Source: a bacterium
Lineage (GTDB): Bacteria > Patescibacteriota > Gracilibacteria > UBA1369 > GCA-2718715
Assembly: GCA_018662325.1 (NCBI GenBank)
Contig: JABJGM010000007.1
Coordinates: 69,305 to 133,304 of the forward strand
Reading direction: 5' to 3'
Length of the DNA stretch: 64,000 bases
Numbering within the stretch: the stretch's first letter is position 1; each line of letters opens with the position of its first letter. Positions 29,196 to 39,052 of this stretch are shown here, one piece after another. The notes beneath the pieces were generated by a model, which searched no databases, had not been told where the DNA came from, and worked only from the letters and a program-made list of their open reading frames with translations. Position numbers and translations under genes: made by a program.

Positions 29196-29208
29196 TTTTA
29201 CATATTAG

Positions 29209-29251
29209 GTGTGTACACACTCACCATATCACACCCCTCAAAAACCCACAA
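29209..29251 (-). promoter_or_regulatory. umuDC promoter with palindromic operator candidate GTGTGTACACAC
   Basis: Minus strand TTGTGG, 17 nt, TGn-extended TATGGT, then a perfect 12-bp palindrome (29209-29220) over the expected start site. Confidence 0.5.
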
Positions 29252-29349
29252 GTCTTTTCCTAAGAAAATTTAATTCAAAGAAAGACAAACTTCAAGCAAC
29301 TTGACAAAAAACCATAACCTATCTATGTTTTGGAAAATTAATATATAAC

Positions 29350-29925
29350 ATGAACTATAAAAACAACCTAAAAAAGCTAAATCCAAAACACACAGAGGTA
29401 TCTTACTTTGAATCATCAAATTGCACATCTGTAAGACTAGAAAGACCACACCCATTTATAAAAGAACCTTTAACAAACATAACACCAGAAGGAGAAGAAG
29501 AAAAATTTACAATTAAACAATATGTTAGATTCAATATTCAAAATGAATCACAAGAAATTAAAAGCATAATAACCCAGGAACAAAAAGAGATAATCCAAGC
29601 AATTTTACATAAGCCAAACTCTCATGCTCTTGAACTATTAATTGATAGACTTTTTGAGATACAACAAGACTACGAAACTAAATCTCACATTCCAGAAGTT
29701 AATTATTTAAGCGGCCTAACTTCAATATTACTATCATACGGATTACAAGAAGATTATATCAACCAAGCCTTTGAAAACAATCACAGCTTAGAACAAGCAG
29801 TAATCATAACGTTTCACTTTTACTTATTTCAAATACTTTTAAAGACAACAAAACACCTTTCTCAATGCATATATAAAGTAAGTAAAAATTACCAATATGC
29901 AAAATCTAAAGACTCCAATCAATAG
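29350..29925 (+). CDS. Hypothetical protein
   Basis: 191-aa ORF with TTGACA upstream. Confidence 0.65.
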   Translation: MNYKNNLKKLNPKHTEVSYFESSNCTSVRLERPHPFIKEPLTNITPEGEEEKFTIKQYVRFNIQNESQEIKSIITQEQKEIIQAILHKPNSHALELLIDRLFEIQQDYETKSHIPEVNYLSGLTSILLSYGLQEDYINQAFENNHSLEQAVIITFHFYLFQILLKTTKHLSQCIYKVSKNYQYAKSKDSNQ

Positions 29926-30550
29926 AATTATTTAAAAATTGATTAGCTTTCAAAAAGTGACCACATCCTTTAAAACTATGTCTTACAGATAAAGGTGAAG
30001 GATGTGAAGCTTCTAAAACCAAATGCTTTGATTCACAAATTAAAGCTTTTTTTGACCTAGCAAAATTACCCCAAAGCATAAAAACCAGATTTTTCTTATG
30101 TTCAGAAATATACTTAATCACAAAATCCGTCCACAAATCCCATTTTAAATTTTTATGACTCATCGGCTCGCCCTCAAGTACACTCAAAGCTGAATTTAAA
30201 AGCAAAACTCCCTGCTGAGCCCAATTAGTCAAATCACCTGAATCCCAAGAAACATCAACCCCTTCACTCTCTAATTCCTTGTAAATATTTCTTAAACTCG
30301 GTGGAACCTTAACTCCTTTAGAAACAGAAAATGCAAGACCATTGGCTTGTCCTTCTCCGTGATAAGGATCCTGTCCCAAAATCACAACTTTTAAATCCTC
30401 AAAAGAACATAGCTCAAAAGCTTTCAGCAAATTTTCCTGCAAAGGAAAAACCGTTTTTAACTTAGCCACTTTTTGATAAGCATCAAATGCATTTTCAAAA
30501 TCCTGATTAAATATCTCCGCAGGCCATTTTATTTTATTTTTTTGAATCAT
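29906..30550 (-). CDS. ung: Uracil-DNA glycosylase family 1
   Basis: GQDPYH, PPSLRNI, GVLLLN, HPSPLS. Confidence 0.97.
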   Translation of the reverse strand: MIQKNKIKWPAEIFNQDFENAFDAYQKVAKLKTVFPLQENLLKAFELCSFEDLKVVILGQDPYHGEGQANGLAFSVSKGVKVPPSLRNIYKELESEGVDVSWDSGDLTNWAQQGVLLLNSALSVLEGEPMSHKNLKWDLWTDFVIKYISEHKKNLVFMLWGNFARSKKALICESKHLVLEASHPSPLSVRHSFKGCGHFLKANQFLNNSIDWSL

Positions 30551-30677
30551 TAGATTTACCTGCTAAAAAATTATTTAGTTTATGCGTAAGCTCTTTAACT
30601 TTTGGATTTTCATCATGCATCTTTCTTAACTTTAGCAACTTTTGTTTAACAACTTGTAAAATTTTATCCTTATTCAT
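30534..30677 (-). CDS. Small basic helical protein (47 aa), not in ORF track
   Basis: Manual translation MNKDKILQVVKQKLLKLRKMHDENPKVKELTHKLNNFLAGKSNDSKK; fills the gap and overlaps the ung start. Confidence 0.5.
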   Translation of the reverse strand: MNKDKILQVVKQKLLKLRKMHDENPKVKELTHKLNNFLAGKSNDSKK

Positions 30678-30750
30678 TTAATAATGATTTATATTAAAGT
30701 AAATCTATTTTAACAAACCACATTCCAAAAATACATTTCAAAATAATTTT

Positions 30751-31515
30751 TTAAGATGAAAAAAAACTTACTGCTCTTTTCATAGATTCTTTTAATTTAG
30801 CAAGAGAAAATCCATTTAATTTTTCAAAAGTATTTCTGATTTCTGGATCCTCTTCTTGAAAACCACCCTCTAAAGCAACTCCAAATAAAAAATTGAAATT
30901 TGAAGTAATCATAATTACAGACCTTTGTTTATTTTCATAATAATCGAAATACCGATAATAAAAAACTGGAGGCTTTTTTCTTCCTGTTATAAGTTCACTA
31001 GCCGAAGGATAATCACCTTCAACATCTTCAAGATTATAAGTATTATTTTGTAAATCTGAAGACCTTCCATTACCTAAATCCAAATCAACCGAAACTTGAT
31101 TACCGATTCTAGAAACAATCAATTTAGAATCATTAGAAAAACCACAATCAACTACAATTTCTTGCCCTTGCTGTAAATCAGAAACATCAATTAAATCTTC
31201 TTGAAAAATACTTGCATCATAAATATAAGTTCTTCCTTCTTTATAAATTACATTCATTCTATGATCAGTCTTTAAAGACTTTACGACCTTAATATTAAAT
31301 CCAAAATTAGCTAAGATTTCATCAACTTGAGCAGCCTTATCAACACAATTTGCACCTTCCTCAAAGCCCTCAACAAAACCAAAGTTATGCTGAGACTGTT
31401 CACAAACAGTCCTTAACAAAAGTCTTCTTGAAGATTTACTACAAACTGAGCTACCGTAATTAGCATTTTTGAGGTTTTCACAAACTTTTAAAGCAATACT
31501 ATTTGATGGTGACAT
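30751..31515 (-). CDS. Hypothetical protein with NAT/transglutaminase-like Cys-His-Asp triad
   Basis: GANC..LANFGF..DHRMNVI..YIYD spacing. Confidence 0.55.
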   Translation of the reverse strand: MSPSNSIALKVCENLKNANYGSSVCSKSSRRLLLRTVCEQSQHNFGFVEGFEEGANCVDKAAQVDEILANFGFNIKVVKSLKTDHRMNVIYKEGRTYIYDASIFQEDLIDVSDLQQGQEIVVDCGFSNDSKLIVSRIGNQVSVDLDLGNGRSSDLQNNTYNLEDVEGDYPSASELITGRKKPPVFYYRYFDYYENKQRSVIMITSNFNFLFGVALEGGFQEEDPEIRNTFEKLNGFSLAKLKESMKRAVSFFSS

Positions 31516-32641
31516 CTTTTACAAAGACTAAATTATAATCGTTAGATTTTTCTAAATCTAAGTTATAATTATCTAACACTATTTTTCTTAATTTGTCAAC
31601 TGTATCAATCTTATTTTTAATAATATAATCTGCAAAAAGTCCTCTAGCTAACTTGGCATAAATTGCAATAGTGGAAATTTTATCTCCTTTAATATGCTTA
31701 AAATCAATATCTACAACTTTTGCCTTTAACTTTTTTCTATCAATAGCCTTAGAATATTCATTAGAAGCTAAATTTATCACAAAATCATACTCAGAAAGGT
31801 TTTGATTCAAATAATTAGTAATTTTTTGCCCCCAAAACTTATAAAGATCCTTCCCATAGGCATTTTCCAGCTTAGTTTTCATTTCAAGACGATAAGGCTG
31901 AATCAAATCACAAGGTTTTAATAAACCATAAAAACCACTAATAATCCCCAGTCTCACATTTGCAAAGTCTAAATCCTCCTGATTATAGTTGATAGCATCA
32001 ATATGCTTGTAAACATCACCTTTGAATGCCAAAATTGCAGGCAAACTTCTTTGATTGTAATCCAAGGAAAAATCCTGAAATCTTTGAAAGTTTAAAATTG
32101 CAATTTTATCAGAAACCGACATTAAATTTGCAATCTCCGGAACATCTTTATCTTTTAAAATACTCAATAATTGCGTAGTTTCCTCAAAAAAAGAGGGTTT
32201 TGCACATAAATTGTGGAAAACTTGTGGACAACTTTGTTCAAAGTTTTGAGTTTTACTTGGCGATAAAATCATAAATAATTTTGAATTTTGCATATTTTCT
32301 AACTTATTTTTAGTTTTAGATTCTCTTCTTTTCTTATTTTTTCTAATTTTTTCAAATTTTAACTGTTTTTCAGACTTTTTACCAAGTTTTTTTTCTTCAA
32401 TTTTATCAACCAAAAGCCGCATAGCCGTTTTTAAATTGGCTTCTTTAATCCTATAACGCTGACATTTCACAAATAAACCCGTTGGCAAATGTTTAACAAA
32501 AGCACAGCTCGAAGTCTTATTTTGCTTTTGCCCACCTTTTCCGGTTCCTCTAACAAAGTTAACCTCAAAATCCGATTCCAAAATCTCCAACTTCTGAATT
32601 TTCCCAAGCGTCTTCGGCTTTAAATCTCTAAATATATCCAT
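31499..32641 (-). CDS. Fusion of GGQ release-factor-like domain (ArfB-type) and YaaA/DUF328
   Basis: FVRGTGKGGQKQNKTSSC..HLPTG..CQ plus basic tail, then ILSPSKT, AFKGDVY, SGFYGLL, PYRLEM, NLASNEY, AKLARG; no stop codon between the halves. Confidence 0.88.
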   Translation of the reverse strand: MDIFRDLKPKTLGKIQKLEILESDFEVNFVRGTGKGGQKQNKTSSCAFVKHLPTGLFVKCQRYRIKEANLKTAMRLLVDKIEEKKLGKKSEKQLKFEKIRKNKKRRESKTKNKLENMQNSKLFMILSPSKTQNFEQSCPQVFHNLCAKPSFFEETTQLLSILKDKDVPEIANLMSVSDKIAILNFQRFQDFSLDYNQRSLPAILAFKGDVYKHIDAINYNQEDLDFANVRLGIISGFYGLLKPCDLIQPYRLEMKTKLENAYGKDLYKFWGQKITNYLNQNLSEYDFVINLASNEYSKAIDRKKLKAKVVDIDFKHIKGDKISTIAIYAKLARGLFADYIIKNKIDTVDKLRKIVLDNYNLDLEKSNDYNLVFVKDVTIK

Positions 32642-32707
32642 TAATCAATCTTAAGTAAGTATTTTAACTGCAACTACATTACAAACATTTAAACCAATTT
32701 TCAAATA

Positions 32708-33688
32708 TTACTCAGCCAATCTCTCCTTTAAAAATTCAATAATATCGTATTCTGCAGCATCTACCCCTTTTTCATCAGCAACAAAAACTGATAACCAATC
32801 TCCAAAGTTCACCAAATACATTGTGTTTTCAATTAAGGAATCTCCTAAACTCCAAACATTAAATATATCATCTGTATATTTCCCATAGATTTCTTGAGAA
32901 ATTTCAGAACGCTTTGAATTTTGTAAAAACTCACTTGGAGTTCTAAAATTAATGACCAGCAAATTATCAGTATTGGTTCTCCATCCAAGAATTTCATTGT
33001 GATTCATTTCTGGAATCACATTTGACCAACCTAATGTTTTAGAATTTTCATTTAATTGCTGTTTTATTCGATTCCCTACTCCCTCATAGCCTTTCATTAC
33101 ATATAAAACAGGAGTTTTATTACCTAATTGCTTTGCAATTTCTAAAGCTTGCTTTTGAATTTTCTCTTGATTGTCAATTAAAACCTGAATCGATTTTTCA
33201 AACTCAGTATAAAATTTATCAGAAATCAGTCCATATTTTTCTAAAATAGACATCACACAAATCATAGAAAAATTAAACATCGCTCTTGGAGCATTTCCAG
33301 AAGGTAAAATTAAATGATTTAAATTTTTATCTTTCGCAAATTCCAACAAACTTCCTCCACTACTTATTACAGCAATTTCTGCTTTTTTCTCAAACGCTTG
33401 TTTGAAAGCCGATAAAGTTTCTTCTGTGTTACCAGAATAAGATGAAACAATCACCAAAGTTTTATGATTCACAAAAGCCGGAATATGATAATCCTTACAC
33501 AAAACCAATGGAATTTTAAGCTCATCATGCACCAAATCCTTAACTACAGATCCTGCAATACCAGATCCCCCAAGCCCACAAATTAAAACATTATCAAATT
33601 TTTTATGAGTATCATGGAACTTACTTTCGTCTACAATTTTCAAAGCTTCTAAAATTTGTGCTTCAAAGCCAGCCACTATTTTTTTCAT
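32708..33688 (-). CDS. Bifunctional phosphoglucose/phosphomannose isomerase (SIS)
   Basis: GLGGSGIAG, SYSGNTEET, QLNENSK, PEMNHNEI. Confidence 0.93.
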   Translation of the reverse strand: MKKIVAGFEAQILEALKIVDESKFHDTHKKFDNVLICGLGGSGIAGSVVKDLVHDELKIPLVLCKDYHIPAFVNHKTLVIVSSYSGNTEETLSAFKQAFEKKAEIAVISSGGSLLEFAKDKNLNHLILPSGNAPRAMFNFSMICVMSILEKYGLISDKFYTEFEKSIQVLIDNQEKIQKQALEIAKQLGNKTPVLYVMKGYEGVGNRIKQQLNENSKTLGWSNVIPEMNHNEILGWRTNTDNLLVINFRTPSEFLQNSKRSEISQEIYGKYTDDIFNVWSLGDSLIENTMYLVNFGDWLSVFVADEKGVDAAEYDIIEFLKERLAE

Positions 33689-33766
33689 AAATAATATTTA
33701 GTTAAAATAATTATTTAACTTTAAAAAAAAAGAGTCAAATTTCATAACTTGACTTAAAGATTAATT

Positions 33767-34375
33767 TTAATGCACTAGCATTTTTTTGAAGTCCAACAAA
33801 TTATTAATCAAATTTTCCTTTGGATAAATACAAATTTTATCAACATAACTTTCAACTTCAAAAAATTCATCTAAATTTTCAGAATAATTTAATATAGACA
33901 TTAAATTATCCAAGAATTCATGGGCTTCTAAAGAATCAAAACCAAAATTACTTCGCAATTCATCATTGGAAATTTCATAATTAGTAAACAAAATACTTAA
34001 TGCTTTTGCCTCCATGTTTTCAACAAAGAGCCAATTATCAATACCAAATACAACCTCATTTAAAAAAGATGAATAAACAAAAATTCTACCACATTCATAA
34101 AAACATGTTCTATTTAAATCGGAAACTTGCTCCCTAATATTCTGTGTATCAATTTCAGAAATCACCTTGAAAACCTTGTTTGGTTTTTCAATTAATCTAC
34201 TTGCAATATTATCAAAATTCAACTTCAAAAGACTCCTAATATCATCAAAAACACTGTTCAAAGGTTCGGGAACTGACTCATTAAAAATCTCATCAACTTT
34301 CATATCTTTATTTTCAGGCTCTATTTTTTCAAAATCAATAACTAAAGGCTTCCCCGGAAATTTAGGTTTTGTCAT
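33767..34375 (-). CDS. Hypothetical protein
   Basis: 202-aa ORF. Confidence 0.65.
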   Translation of the reverse strand: MTKPKFPGKPLVIDFEKIEPENKDMKVDEIFNESVPEPLNSVFDDIRSLLKLNFDNIASRLIEKPNKVFKVISEIDTQNIREQVSDLNRTCFYECGRIFVYSSFLNEVVFGIDNWLFVENMEAKALSILFTNYEISNDELRSNFGFDSLEAHEFLDNLMSILNYSENLDEFFEVESYVDKICIYPKENLINNLLDFKKMLVH

Positions 34376-34506
34376 TATAAATGTTTTAATAAATTAACTT
34401 GTGAAAATTATAACCATAAATCATTACCCGTCAAAAAAAATCACCCAAAACCCTAAAGATTATTGTATTATAAAAAAGCCCCTGCTGTTGAGGCTTATAA
34501 ATCAAT

Positions 34507-35286
34507 CTACTTAAGACCAAGTGTTAAAAAGAAATAGTTCTCACCATCAACTTTTCTATAATCAACCTCAAAAGAGTAACCAAATTCAACTTGTCTTCTG
34601 ACTCCATTTACTTGCTTTAAATTGTATCCTACAGAAAAATTAAAATTCTCATCATCAAAAATTCTTGTCCTCATTAAAAAGTCTGAAACATTAACTCTTA
34701 AATCAGCATGCATTCTAGATAAACCAATATACAAACTCTCATTATTATAAACTACAGAAGGAAGAAAAGAAGATTCTACTCCATCAGAATTTAAATGAGT
34801 CTGAAATTCAAATAAAAACTTAATATCTGCGAAACAATTCAAAAGTAAATAAGCTTGATTGAAAGACTCCATTTGACCATTTTCATAATAAGCACCTATC
34901 CCCAAACGAGACATTTCTAATTGAAAAGGTTTTTTCGAATCAGAAAAATAAGTAGAAGCCATATAAAGACCTGCATTTGTATAATCAACAGGAATCAAGT
35001 AATTAAACTTTCCTCTTACAAAAGGCATAACCTCATACATATGTTCTCTATTCTTATCCAAATTAAGCCTTAATTGCAAACTTGTATAATCAGTAAATTC
35101 TTCTGCAGAGTTATCAGCTGATTGCTGAACTAAAGCTGGAGCTGTGTCTTGAGCATTAACAGTATCTAAATTTCCAAGCATAGCTGAAAAACTTAAAGCT
35201 AAGCTTGAAACTAAAGTAGTAAATTTTGATGATTTATTTGTTTTCAAAGCGGGTGTATTGATTGAACTTTCAATTTTAAATGACAT
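34507..35286 (-). CDS. Exported beta-strand-rich hypothetical protein
   Basis: Signal-like segment ending VNA-Q; alternating aromatic/hydrophobic strands. Confidence 0.7.
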   Translation of the reverse strand: MSFKIESSINTPALKTNKSSKFTTLVSSLALSFSAMLGNLDTVNAQDTAPALVQQSADNSAEEFTDYTSLQLRLNLDKNREHMYEVMPFVRGKFNYLIPVDYTNAGLYMASTYFSDSKKPFQLEMSRLGIGAYYENGQMESFNQAYLLLNCFADIKFLFEFQTHLNSDGVESSFLPSVVYNNESLYIGLSRMHADLRVNVSDFLMRTRIFDDENFNFSVGYNLKQVNGVRRQVEFGYSFEVDYRKVDGENYFFLTLGLK

Positions 35287-35355
35287 AAAAAAAATTTAAA
35301 TTACTATTGTTTGTTTTACGTATATTTAAAGATTTGTCAAGTAATAAGAATTAAA

Positions 35356-37230
35356 TCATTGCACCAAAGATTTAAACTCAAACATTAACTCCAAATCAGA
35401 GTAACGCTCAAAATCAAAAGATGGATTCTTTTCTGAAATCTTAAAATGTACATACTTTTTAATTTTTTCAAAAAGGCTCAAACCAATGAAATCTAAATTT
35501 AAACCTCTACAGATTCCTATAAAATGTATTTTATTCTTAAAACCTAATTTATCTAATAAAAGATCTAATTCCTCTTTACTTAATTCTATATATTCAACAA
35601 TTCCGACAGCTTTGGCTATTAATTTAAAAGTAGCATACTTTTCACAAAAATCTTCAAAAGCAGATGGATCAACCATTTGAAACTTTAACATTACATCTTC
35701 TAAAAAAAAGAAGTTAACGATTCGAAATAAAGATCTATCTATAACCTTTTGATTTATTTGTTGTTGAATATATTGAGTTAATAACTGCTCTTTTCCAGCA
35801 ACATGCATGATAGATAAATATTTTTCTAAATCCTTAGCATTTAAATCTAATTTTAACTTCGAAAGTCTTATCCCCAAAAAAGTAATTTCATCTTTTAGAT
35901 CTTTTTTAAAAGTTAACTCCTGAAAATTAATATGTTTACAAGCTAAGAAAAACTCATCCACAAAATATTTTTGAGCACTTAATTCACCTTCATATTTTTT
36001 CATATTTATAATAAATTGATCAAAAAATAATTTAAACTGACTTTCAAAATTTTCATTATCTAAATTAACATCTCTCATTAAAGTAGCTAAAACCGGAAAA
36101 TTTCTCTCTATTGTATAATCAAGCTTCTCCAAACCTGTATTTTCTTGATTAAAATCTGCCCATGTAACATCTAAAATCGTATAATCAACTTCATTCTTTT
36201 TAATTGTATAAAAAACATTCCAAACATGTTTTATATAAGCTTCTCCAAAATCATCCTTTAAACCTTCATCTGAACTTTCAGGTCTATATGAATGATTATG
36301 CTCAAACTCACAATAAGTATCATTCAAAAAGTTAAACTTTAATTGATTTTCTTTAAGGGAATCAAAAACAAACTTTGTTAATCCTGCAATATGACGACAC
36401 ACCCCATTTCCACTCCAATTGGAATTAGTATGATTTTCTTCAAAATCCTGAATCATATCCAAAGCTGAAAAATTATCAATTTTAGATGAATCCCCCTTTT
36501 CGCCAATACTATCAAAATTATACTTAGTATGATGATTTACAAAATGCACAGTTAGAAAAATTGCTTGCCTTGGAGACAAACTTCTTAAATTCTTTACTTT
36601 TAAATCAACTAAAACACTAGACTCCCTTTTAAAGAAATCATCAAAACATTTAAAGATTTTATCTTTTGAATCTAAATCTTCCATACTCTTTTCATAAACA
36701 CTCGATCTAAAACGGCCAGACTTTAAAGACTTTAAAAGTCTTTCTGATTCCACATTTATAGCAGTAGGGCTTTCATTGAGTTCTGACTTGGGATTAAAAT
36801 TATCAAAAGAAGTAAAATTAAATCCTAAATTTTCTGTTTCAAACTTTAACAAAGGCTTTCCAGATAACTTTGCAAATTTATAAATTGATTCTAAATAAAA
36901 ATCTTTGGCTTCTTTAAAATTCTCAAAAGTTTTAAAGCCCAGTACTAAAGTCTCCTCTTGAGTATTTAACATTTCTAAGCTTGGATACAAAATTTCAAAC
37001 CTACCATCTCTTAAAAAATTAAAAGACACCGGACAATTTTCAAAATCCACAAACCCTTCCACACCTAAAGCTTCAAATACATCTTGCTTTAAGGTTCTAG
37101 CTATTTTTTTAGCTTCATGCAAAGAATCACAATAATGCTCTTGAGAACCTTTCAGTTTTCCATTTTCTAAATGTTCTGGTCCAGAAAAAGAATATCCATC
37201 TTGAGATTTTTTAACATTAAAATAACTCAT
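35356..37230 (-). CDS. Transglutaminase-like (Cys-His-Asp) domain protein
   Basis: GNGVCRHIA..HVWNVF..ILDVTW. Confidence 0.75.
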   Translation of the reverse strand: MSYFNVKKSQDGYSFSGPEHLENGKLKGSQEHYCDSLHEAKKIARTLKQDVFEALGVEGFVDFENCPVSFNFLRDGRFEILYPSLEMLNTQEETLVLGFKTFENFKEAKDFYLESIYKFAKLSGKPLLKFETENLGFNFTSFDNFNPKSELNESPTAINVESERLLKSLKSGRFRSSVYEKSMEDLDSKDKIFKCFDDFFKRESSVLVDLKVKNLRSLSPRQAIFLTVHFVNHHTKYNFDSIGEKGDSSKIDNFSALDMIQDFEENHTNSNWSGNGVCRHIAGLTKFVFDSLKENQLKFNFLNDTYCEFEHNHSYRPESSDEGLKDDFGEAYIKHVWNVFYTIKKNEVDYTILDVTWADFNQENTGLEKLDYTIERNFPVLATLMRDVNLDNENFESQFKLFFDQFIINMKKYEGELSAQKYFVDEFFLACKHINFQELTFKKDLKDEITFLGIRLSKLKLDLNAKDLEKYLSIMHVAGKEQLLTQYIQQQINQKVIDRSLFRIVNFFFLEDVMLKFQMVDPSAFEDFCEKYATFKLIAKAVGIVEYIELSKEELDLLLDKLGFKNKIHFIGICRGLNLDFIGLSLFEKIKKYVHFKISEKNPSFDFERYSDLELMFEFKSLVQ

Positions 37231-37284
37231 AAATAATAACTATATCATTTAATTATACCATAATTAAAAGCAAACAACAAAAAC

Positions 37285-39051
37285 CTACAACATCCCCTTA
37301 TTCTGATGACTCCAAAGTTCAAAATATTTCCCTTTTAATTTCAAAAGTTCTTTATGAGTTCCCTCTTCCACAACTTTTCCTTTTTCTAAAACAATTATTC
37401 TATCCATAAAACTCAAAGTTGAAAGCCTATGGGCAATACACATCATGGTGTGGTTGCTCGAAAGCTTTTGAATTGAATCTTGAATAAAGTTTTCAGATTT
37501 AGAATCCAGCGCCGAGGTAGCTTCGTCTAATAAAATAATTGGAGAAGCTTTCAATAAAGCTCTTGCAATTCCAATTCTTTGTCTTTGACCACCCGACAAC
37601 TTTACTCCACGCTCACCAACCTGAGTATCCAACCCATTTGGAAGGTTTTTAATAAATTCAGCACAGTGAGAATCCTTTAAAGCCTTTTTAAGAACTTTAT
37701 CTGAATATTTCACACCTAAGGTAATATTTTCCTTTAAAGACCGATTAAACACCAATGTGTCTTGCGACACAACCGCAATTTGTTTTCGAACCGAATCCTT
37801 TGTACAATCAGCAATTTCTTGTCCATTAATCAAAATTTCACCTTTTTGGTAACTATACTGCTTAAGCAAAACTTTAAATACCGTAGACTTACCAGCTCCA
37901 GATTCTCCAACTACTCCAATTTTTTCACCTGGCTTAACAATTAAATTAAATTTATTTAACTGTTTTTTAGAAACATTTTCATAGGCAAACTCAACATTTT
38001 TAAATTCAATCCCAGGTAAGCCCTTAACCTTTAACTTTTTAGCATCCACTTTATCCGCTTCTTCAATTGGAGTAATTAATTTAGATAAAGCTAGACGTAC
38101 TTCAGCTTCTTTTTCACTAAATTCTTCAAAAACTTTTTGCAAATTATCCACAACTCCATCCATTCGACCAATCAAATAAAATACCATTGTAAATTCCCCA
38201 AGCGTAATCACATTGTTAAAATAAAAATAACCCAGACCAATCGCCGCAAATAATCTTAGAAAAAAATCTGAAAAATCAATAGTAATCCACATGCTATCAG
38301 CAGCATTCCATTTTTTAAAACCTGAATCTCTTATAATCTGTAAATTTTTATAAATTCTTTTAGATTGTACCCTTAGAACATTAAAAATCTTTGGAACCTT
38401 AATATTCCCAACAAAATCACTCAAAACTCCATAATATTTATGTTTCTTCTTAGCATGAATTTTAGATAGATTTGAAAACTTTGCTAACAAACGTTTAATA
38501 AATACAAATAAAGACCCATAAAACATTAGAGCAAAAAGCCCAATGTATAGGTTAACTTTAAAAAATAGCACGAAGGAAACAATTAGAGTAATAGCATTTG
38601 GTAATGTCGTTTCTATATGTCCAAAAACTAAAGTTGAAACACCTCCACTGTCTAGAATCTCAGAACTAATCTCACCAGAAGGTCTTCTAGCAAAAAAATC
38701 ATCACCATGTTGATTTATATAGTTTAAAATATCTACTCTAGATTGATAAACTATTCTTCCATATAAATACGTCGCATAAATTCCATAAAAATAATCAAAA
38801 AAGTGATCTAAGAATAAAAATAAAATCGAAATCCCCGCATAAAAATAAATATCATCAAAATTCATAAGCTCTAAACTATCAAAGAGTCTTTCCACTACAA
38901 ATGGTGACAAATTCATAAATAGTAAAGATAGAAACATTGTTACAAAAGCCAGCCAAAAATATTTTTTTGAAAATCTACTAGATTCAAAAGCTAATTTATA
39001 AGGGTTCAAACTTGGTGTTCCTTCAACCTGAGAAAATAATTTTTTAAACAT
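37285..39051 (-). CDS. ABC exporter, fused permease/ATPase
   Basis: TM domain plus GESGAGKS, LSGGQRQR, LLDEATS, IAHRLST; ATG39051 chosen because it follows the upstream stop. Confidence 0.93.
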   Translation of the reverse strand: MFKKLFSQVEGTPSLNPYKLAFESSRFSKKYFWLAFVTMFLSLLFMNLSPFVVERLFDSLELMNFDDIYFYAGISILFLFLDHFFDYFYGIYATYLYGRIVYQSRVDILNYINQHGDDFFARRPSGEISSEILDSGGVSTLVFGHIETTLPNAITLIVSFVLFFKVNLYIGLFALMFYGSLFVFIKRLLAKFSNLSKIHAKKKHKYYGVLSDFVGNIKVPKIFNVLRVQSKRIYKNLQIIRDSGFKKWNAADSMWITIDFSDFFLRLFAAIGLGYFYFNNVITLGEFTMVFYLIGRMDGVVDNLQKVFEEFSEKEAEVRLALSKLITPIEEADKVDAKKLKVKGLPGIEFKNVEFAYENVSKKQLNKFNLIVKPGEKIGVVGESGAGKSTVFKVLLKQYSYQKGEILINGQEIADCTKDSVRKQIAVVSQDTLVFNRSLKENITLGVKYSDKVLKKALKDSHCAEFIKNLPNGLDTQVGERGVKLSGGQRQRIGIARALLKASPIILLDEATSALDSKSENFIQDSIQKLSSNHTMMCIAHRLSTLSFMDRIIVLEKGKVVEEGTHKELLKLKGKYFELWSHQNKGML

Positions 39052-39052
39052 A

